Assembly: GCA_037147375.1 (NCBI GenBank) | Contig: JBAWVI010000028.1 | Coordinates: 1 to 10,203, forward strand | Direction: 5' to 3' | DNA length: 10,203 bases | Origin: an archaeon | GTDB taxonomy: Archaea; Iainarchaeota; Iainarchaeia; Iainarchaeales; CSSED10-239 | Part shown: one piece after another, positions 6,369-10,203 of the stretch | Numbering within the stretch: the first letter of the stretch is position 1 | Layout: each line of letters opens with the position of its first letter | Notes under the pieces: model-generated | What the model was told of the DNA's origin: nothing | What the model saw: only the letters and a program-made list of their open reading frames with translations | The model's database searches: none | Made by a program: the position numbers and the translations under genes

Positions 6369-6441
6369 TGATGCTTGGCCACCTACCCCTCCGAAAGGGA
6401 TATATAAGCAAATAATCATATATTAATGGTGGTACTTCAAG
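6369..6441 (+). repeat. R1 copy E (6369-6405) plus R3 extension (6406-6441)
   Basis: TGATGCTTGGCCACCTACCCCTCCGAAAGGGATATAT is followed by AAGCAAATAATCATATATTAATGGTGGTACTTCAAG. The extension differs from 1431-1465 by two substitutions and one 1-nt indel. R1 starts 7 nt after the stop codon at 6361. Confidence 0.9.
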
Positions 6442-6599
6442 AAATTGTATGAAAAATGATTATTAATAATAAAAAATTAGATTATTTAATTTAATAAAAT
6501 TTATAATAAAAAAAAGTGATATTTAAATTATAAAAACATTTAAAAATTATTGTAGTCAGATAATATATAATTATCCAAAATAGGTTAATTTGATTAAAT

Positions 6600-7346
6600 A
6601 TGACTATTATAAAAAAACAAACAAATATAAGTAAATTAATATCTGCAATGGAATATTATTCAGTTAGATATATTTCTAAAGACCAATTACTAGATATTAT
6701 TACAAAATTAAATATTAAAAGTAATCCTAATACTCTTATCTATAAAATGATATTAGGGAAGCATATTGTAGTTATAAAACAAAACACTTATTTGTATATC
6801 CCAATAAGTTCAATAGATAGGATACCACAAATAACAGAATATGAATTAAATGAAGCATATTTAGGTGAAAATGAAAAATATTATATTGGTTTGTGGAATG
6901 CCTATAATTATTATGGATTTACAACCCAAGTATCAAATAAATTATTTGTTTTTAATAAAAAAATAAACCTTAATAAAAAAATATTATCTAAAGAAATTAA
7001 ATACATTAAAGTTTCAAATAATTATATGTTTGGAATAACCAAAGATAAATATCCATTATCAGATAAAGAAAAAACAATAATAGATATATTGAATTATTTT
7101 AAAGATATTGGAAATTTAAAAGATATTATTTTAGAAATAAAAAAGCATAGTTTTGATGTAAACAAACTAATAACTTATGGTAAAGAAACTAAATCAATAA
7201 AGATGCTTAAATTAATTGGCATAATTACAGATAATTTAGATTTATATAATTATTTAAAGTCAAAAAATAAATTAAGTTATTATACTTATATTAGAGGTTC
7301 TACAAAAAAGGAGATATATCCAAAATGGAAATTAAAACTAATATAA
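6600..7346 (+). CDS. abiEi: AbiEi-family antitoxin / transcriptional regulator (type IV TA system)
   Basis: It lies immediately upstream of a clear AbiEii gene and overlaps it by 22 nt. The central segment (YYIGLWNAYNYYGFTTQVSNKLFVF) resembles the AbiEi 'ALxxHGLTxQxP...xxV' region. The N-terminal region is compatible with a wHTH. Confidence 0.72.
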   Translation: MTIIKKQTNISKLISAMEYYSVRYISKDQLLDIITKLNIKSNPNTLIYKMILGKHIVVIKQNTYLYIPISSIDRIPQITEYELNEAYLGENEKYYIGLWNAYNYYGFTTQVSNKLFVFNKKINLNKKILSKEIKYIKVSNNYMFGITKDKYPLSDKEKTIIDILNYFKDIGNLKDIILEIKKHSFDVNKLITYGKETKSIKMLKLIGIITDNLDLYNYLKSKNKLSYYTYIRGSTKKEIYPKWKLKLI

Positions 7347-8272
7347 ATGAATTATTAAAAGAAATATCAAGTAAAAATGGATATTCTTTAGCTGTAATAT
7401 TAAAAGAAATATCAAGTAAAAATGGATATTCTTTAGCTGTAATAGAAAAAGATTATTATCTTACACAAATATTATTGGAATTATCAGTTAATCCAATTCT
7501 TGATATAGTATTTAAAGGTGGAACCTGTTTGAATAAATATTATCTTGGATACTATAGGATGAGTGAAGATCTTGATTTTATATATAATGTTGATTTATCA
7601 AAGTCCACAAATAGATCTATTAAAGTTAAATCAGAATCAATTCGTAAATTATTTTATACTCTATTAACTAAACTTAATTTAGAAACAAGTGATGAATTAG
7701 GTCTTGGTTGGGAAAAAATCACAGATAATAAAAGTAAAAGAATCCTTAATTTAAAAATAATTACAAAATATAAATCAATAATTACAGAGAGAAAAGAAAG
7801 ATTAATAATTGAAATTTCATTTAGAGGCAAACTAGTTTTAAAACCCAAAAATAGGAAAATTATTCATTTGTTTTATGATGCTATAAATAATCCAATCCTT
7901 GATTCAAACAAAAAAATAATTTGTATAGATCTTGTAGAAAATATAGCAGAAAAATATAGAGCACTGATTACAAGAAAGAATATAGCAGTACGAGATATTT
8001 TTGATATTTATTATGTTTTAAAATTTAAAAAGAAATTAATACAAATAGATGATTCATTTATAGATTTAATATTAAAAAAGATAAGAGAATCTATTCCTGA
8101 TTACACAAAGAAGAAATTGATAGAATATTTACGTTCAATAGATCCAAATAAGATAGATATTCAACCTATACAAGTAGTATTAAAACAAAGTTTAATTGAT
8201 AAAAGCAACAAGAATATACTTGTATCAACAGAGAAGATGTTAAAGACGATAATAAAACCAATAATAAAGTAA
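7325..8272 (+). CDS. abiEii: AbiEii/AbiGii-family nucleotidyltransferase toxin (DUF1814)
   Basis: Hallmark motifs are IEKDYYLTQILLEL, FKGGTCLNKYY...RMSEDLDF, AEKYRALITR and VRDIFDIYYV. GGAG at 7310-7313 lies 11 nt upstream of ATG 7325. Confidence 0.9.
   Translation: MEIKTNINELLKEISSKNGYSLAVILKEISSKNGYSLAVIEKDYYLTQILLELSVNPILDIVFKGGTCLNKYYLGYYRMSEDLDFIYNVDLSKSTNRSIKVKSESIRKLFYTLLTKLNLETSDELGLGWEKITDNKSKRILNLKIITKYKSIITERKERLIIEISFRGKLVLKPKNRKIIHLFYDAINNPILDSNKKIICIDLVENIAEKYRALITRKNIAVRDIFDIYYVLKFKKKLIQIDDSFIDLILKKIRESIPDYTKKKLIEYLRSIDPNKIDIQPIQVVLKQSLIDKSNKNILVSTEKMLKTIIKPIIK
7353..7444 (+). repeat. perfect 45-bp tandem duplication (2.04 copies) inside the abiEii coding sequence
   Basis: Positions 7353-7397 are identical to 7398-7442, and the match continues 2 nt further. 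The duplication is in frame and repeats the 15 aa LKEISSKNGYSLAVI just before the conserved EKDYYL motif. Confidence 0.95.
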
Positions 8273-8357
8273 GAATAACTACAAACAAAAAATAATTATA
8301 AAATAATAATTAATAAAGCAAAGATATCTTGTAAAAATTCCAATAATGAAATAAACG

Positions 8358-8385
8358 ATCATTTTGTTGACGTCAACAAAACGAT
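8358..8385. repeat. 28-bp near-perfect palindrome (perfect 20-bp core TTTTGTTGACGTCAACAAAA at 8362-8381)
   Basis: ATCATTTTGTTGAC|GTCAACAAAACGAT has one mismatch in its 14-bp arms. It lies 86 nt downstream of the abiEii stop. It could be a hairpin, a terminator-like element or a dimeric protein-binding site. Confidence 0.85.
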
Positions 8386-8431
8386 AAATATGCCTAAGGG
8401 AGCAACTAAAGAAATAAATAAGACAGATATT

Positions 8432-8531
8432 ATTTCCCTTATATTATATATTCAATAATATCCTTCTTTCATTAAAAATCTTTTTTTCACCAAAATTTAT
8501 ATGAATAAGTTAATATCAGAATATTCTTTCA
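8432..8531 (+). repeat. R2 copy 3 (8432-8464) plus R2b box (8504-8531)
   Basis: ATTTCCCTTATATTATATATTCAATAATATCCT matches copy 1 over 27 identical nt. AATAAGTTAATATCAGAATATTCTTTCA matches 4909-4936. Unlike copies 1 and 2, it is not followed by an intact R1. Confidence 0.85.
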
Positions 8532-8667
8532 TTATGTCCAGTCCAATATATTCTCCCCACCCTTGTCCAACATTTTCTTCTTTTTTCAGCACAATTATTA
8601 AATGTTACTTTTTAATTAAAAATAGTTATTCAAAAAGGAATTTTGGTGCACCTTTTAAAAAGGTATT

Positions 8668-8811
8668 GTCTCCATAATTATAGGTAATTAGTTTTTTTTA
8701 AGATTATTTTTTTCAAATAATTTTAAATAAAATAAAGGGGTTGATATAACAAAACTTATATTGCTATACATTGGATATGCCTTACGAGTCTCCATGAATA
8801 TAGGTTTTGAG
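8668..8811 (+). repeat. two ~24-nt direct repeats 120 bp apart in the long intergenic region
   Basis: GTCTCCATAATTATAGGTAATTAG (8668-8691) matches GTCTCCATGAATATAGGTTTTGAG (8788-8811) at 19 of 24 positions. Each is followed a little further on by a related A/GGATTAT..TTTC stretch (8699-8713 and 8830-8847). Confidence 0.6.
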
Positions 8812-8957
8812 GGATTATATTTATTAAAAGGATTATCTTTCATTTCTTTTTTTTATATGAGGGAAGATAGTTCTTTTATATTAGAATAAAGATAAAACAA
8901 ATAACAAATGAAATTTAAAAAAAAGTTAGGATATTTTATATTGGGAGATGATGATAG

Positions 8958-10203
8958 ATGGTATTTTTAAATAAAGAAAAGGTAAATAAATATAGGAATA
9001 TATTTTTACTATTTTTTATAATGATATTTATGGTAGGTGCAATGGGGCTAGTAAATGCTGCCTGTACAATAACAGAGGTAGACATCACTGCACCCACAGA
9101 TGGAAATTCATGGAGTGGAACACAAAGTATTACTTGGACTCCAGTGGTTGATGAAAACCATGATGGGAACAGTTGTACTTATGCTGTTTTGCAAAGTGTA
9201 GATAATGAGAATTGGTATCAAATTACTGGGATTACAAATCCAGGAGTAACAACTAAGTCTTGGAATACTACAACAGTAACTGATGCTGCAACTTATCAAG
9301 TTAGAATACAAAATTATCCAGTGGGAACAGTATATGATACTACTGGGCAATTTACAGTTGATAATAATCATCCAACAATTGCAGAAGTAACTGCTGTAAC
9401 AACACCAACAAAAGATAATACACCAGATTATACTTTTAGTAGTAATCAAGCAGGAACAATAGCTTATGCAGGGGGTTGTGATTCTAATACAACAAGTGCA
9501 ATAGCTGGCGATAATCCTATTATATTTAATACCTTAGTAGATGATGAATATAACGATTGTACAATCACAGTAACTGATGTAGCATTAAATGTATCTAATA
9601 CATTAGATGTAACTGATTTTACAGTTGATACAGTAGAACCAACATATGTAATTTCATATAATCATTCTAGTCCTGTAAAAGCAGGAACTATAGTTAGAAT
9701 AACTTCAACCTTTAATGAGGATATGAATCTAACTCCTCTTCCAAAGATTGCATTATCAGGTGGTAATACTGTAGGTGCAACAGATATGACAAGAAGTAGC
9801 GCAACATCTTATTATTATGATTGGAATGTAGGAGCAGGAAATGGAGTAACTACTCCAGTAGTGACTACAGGAATTGATCTTGCAACAAATGATATAAATG
9901 CAACTGGTTCAACACCAACAACAATAACAGTTGATAATGTTGCACCAACAATAACTTCTGCAGATATAACAACAGCTGATAATTCATATAAAGCTGATCA
10001 AAATATAAACATCACAGTTACTTATGATGAAAATGTTACTATAACTGGTTCTCCAAGAATAACTTTGAATGTTGGTCCAACAACCAGATATGCTACATAT
10101 AATAGTGGTACTGGAGGAACAGAAATTGTGTTTAGATACACAGTAGTAAGTGGAGACACTATTGGAGATTTAGGAGCTGCAAGTGTTAGTTCTCTTGGAT
10201 TAA
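8958..10203 (+). CDS. secreted cell-surface protein with tandem Ig-like domains (adhesin / S-layer-associated type), 3' end outside the window
   Basis: I translated this frame by hand from ATG 8958 to the window end and found no stop codon. It is absent from the ORF track because it has no stop in the window. The N-terminus (MVFLNKEKVNKYRNIFLLFFIMIFMVGAMGLVNAAC) looks like a signal peptide. The body is Thr/Asn/Val-rich with recurring domain-boundary motifs: FTVDNNHPTI (9351), FTVDTVEPTY (9618) and ITVDNVAPTI (9924), spaced 89 and 102 aa apart. GGAG at 8944-8947 lies 10 nt upstream of the ATG. Confidence 0.8.
   Translation, partial: MVFLNKEKVNKYRNIFLLFFIMIFMVGAMGLVNAACTITEVDITAPTDGNSWSGTQSITWTPVVDENHDGNSCTYAVLQSVDNENWYQITGITNPGVTTKSWNTTTVTDAATYQVRIQNYPVGTVYDTTGQFTVDNNHPTIAEVTAVTTPTKDNTPDYTFSSNQAGTIAYAGGCDSNTTSAIAGDNPIIFNTLVDDEYNDCTITVTDVALNVSNTLDVTDFTVDTVEPTYVISYNHSSPVKAGTIVRITSTFNEDMNLTPLPKIALSGGNTVGATDMTRSSATSYYYDWNVGAGNGVTTPVVTTGIDLATNDINATGSTPTTITVDNVAPTITSADITTADNSYKADQNINITVTYDENVTITGSPRITLNVGPTTRYATYNSGTGGTEIVFRYTVVSGDTIGDLGAASVSSLGL

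Noticed and set aside
1394-6441. R1 copies as a CRISPR array.
   Set aside because: Copies are separated by 0.8-1.7 kb containing full-length genes, not by 25-50 bp spacers. The repeats are imperfect, and no cas genes are present.
1004-7848. Other nested minus-strand ORFs in the track: 1004..1279, 1448..1726, 2436..2708, 5262..5447, 5329..5763, 6100..6411 and 7654..7848.
   Set aside because: Each is embedded antisense in, or overlaps, a plus-strand gene with clear family motifs. They have hydrophobic or low-complexity composition, as expected for antisense frames in AT-rich DNA (few stop codons in some antisense frames). ORFs 1448..1726 and 6100..6411 also run through the R3 and R1 repeats respectively.
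9108-9449. Minus-strand ORF of 113 aa (Cys/Ser/Ile/Trp-rich) listed in the ORF track.
   Set aside because: It lies entirely antisense to the much longer, well-supported surface-protein frame (8958-10203). Its composition is low-complexity and typical of the antisense strand of a Thr/Asn/Val-rich gene, and it has no RBS.

Overview
This is a very AT-rich prokaryotic accessory region. TATA-box-like motifs sit about 26 nt upstream of some start codons, and the ribosome-binding sites are GGTGAT-type. That makes an archaeal host (methanogen- or DPANN-like) my working guess, by inference only. I can support ten protein genes. (1) A DUF4143/COG1373-type AAA ATPase whose reading frame is open to the left window edge. 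(2) A small MBL-fold hydrolase. (3, 4) A compact wHTH plus minimal nucleotidyltransferase pair (AbiE-like). (5) A YhcG/DUF1016 PD-(D/E)XK nuclease. (6) One inverted polytopic membrane protein. (7) An AlbA_2(Schlafen)-HATPase_c_4-wHTH protein. (8, 9) A canonical AbiEi/AbiEii pair. (10) A secreted Ig-like-repeat surface protein that runs off the right edge and is missing from the supplied ORF track. The main signal lies outside the genes. Five same-orientation copies of a GC-rich ~37-bp repeat (R1) start at 1394, 3051, 4149, 4960 and 6369. They cut the region into 0.8-1.7 kb modules of one gene or one overlapping gene pair, carrying toxin-antitoxin or defence-type cargo. A second repeat family (R2, three copies) and a shared R1-adjacent leader (R3, two copies) give the R1 junctions a mosaic structure. 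The layout resembles an integron-type cassette array, but R1 lacks canonical attC cores and no recombinase gene is in the window. I flag it as a candidate new cassette or recombination (or RNA) element, not a proven one. Other observations: a perfect 45-bp in-frame tandem duplication in the AbiEii gene, a 28-bp palindrome, and a ~685-bp repeat-bearing non-coding region. All minus-strand ORFs in the track except 4191..4712 look like antisense artefacts.
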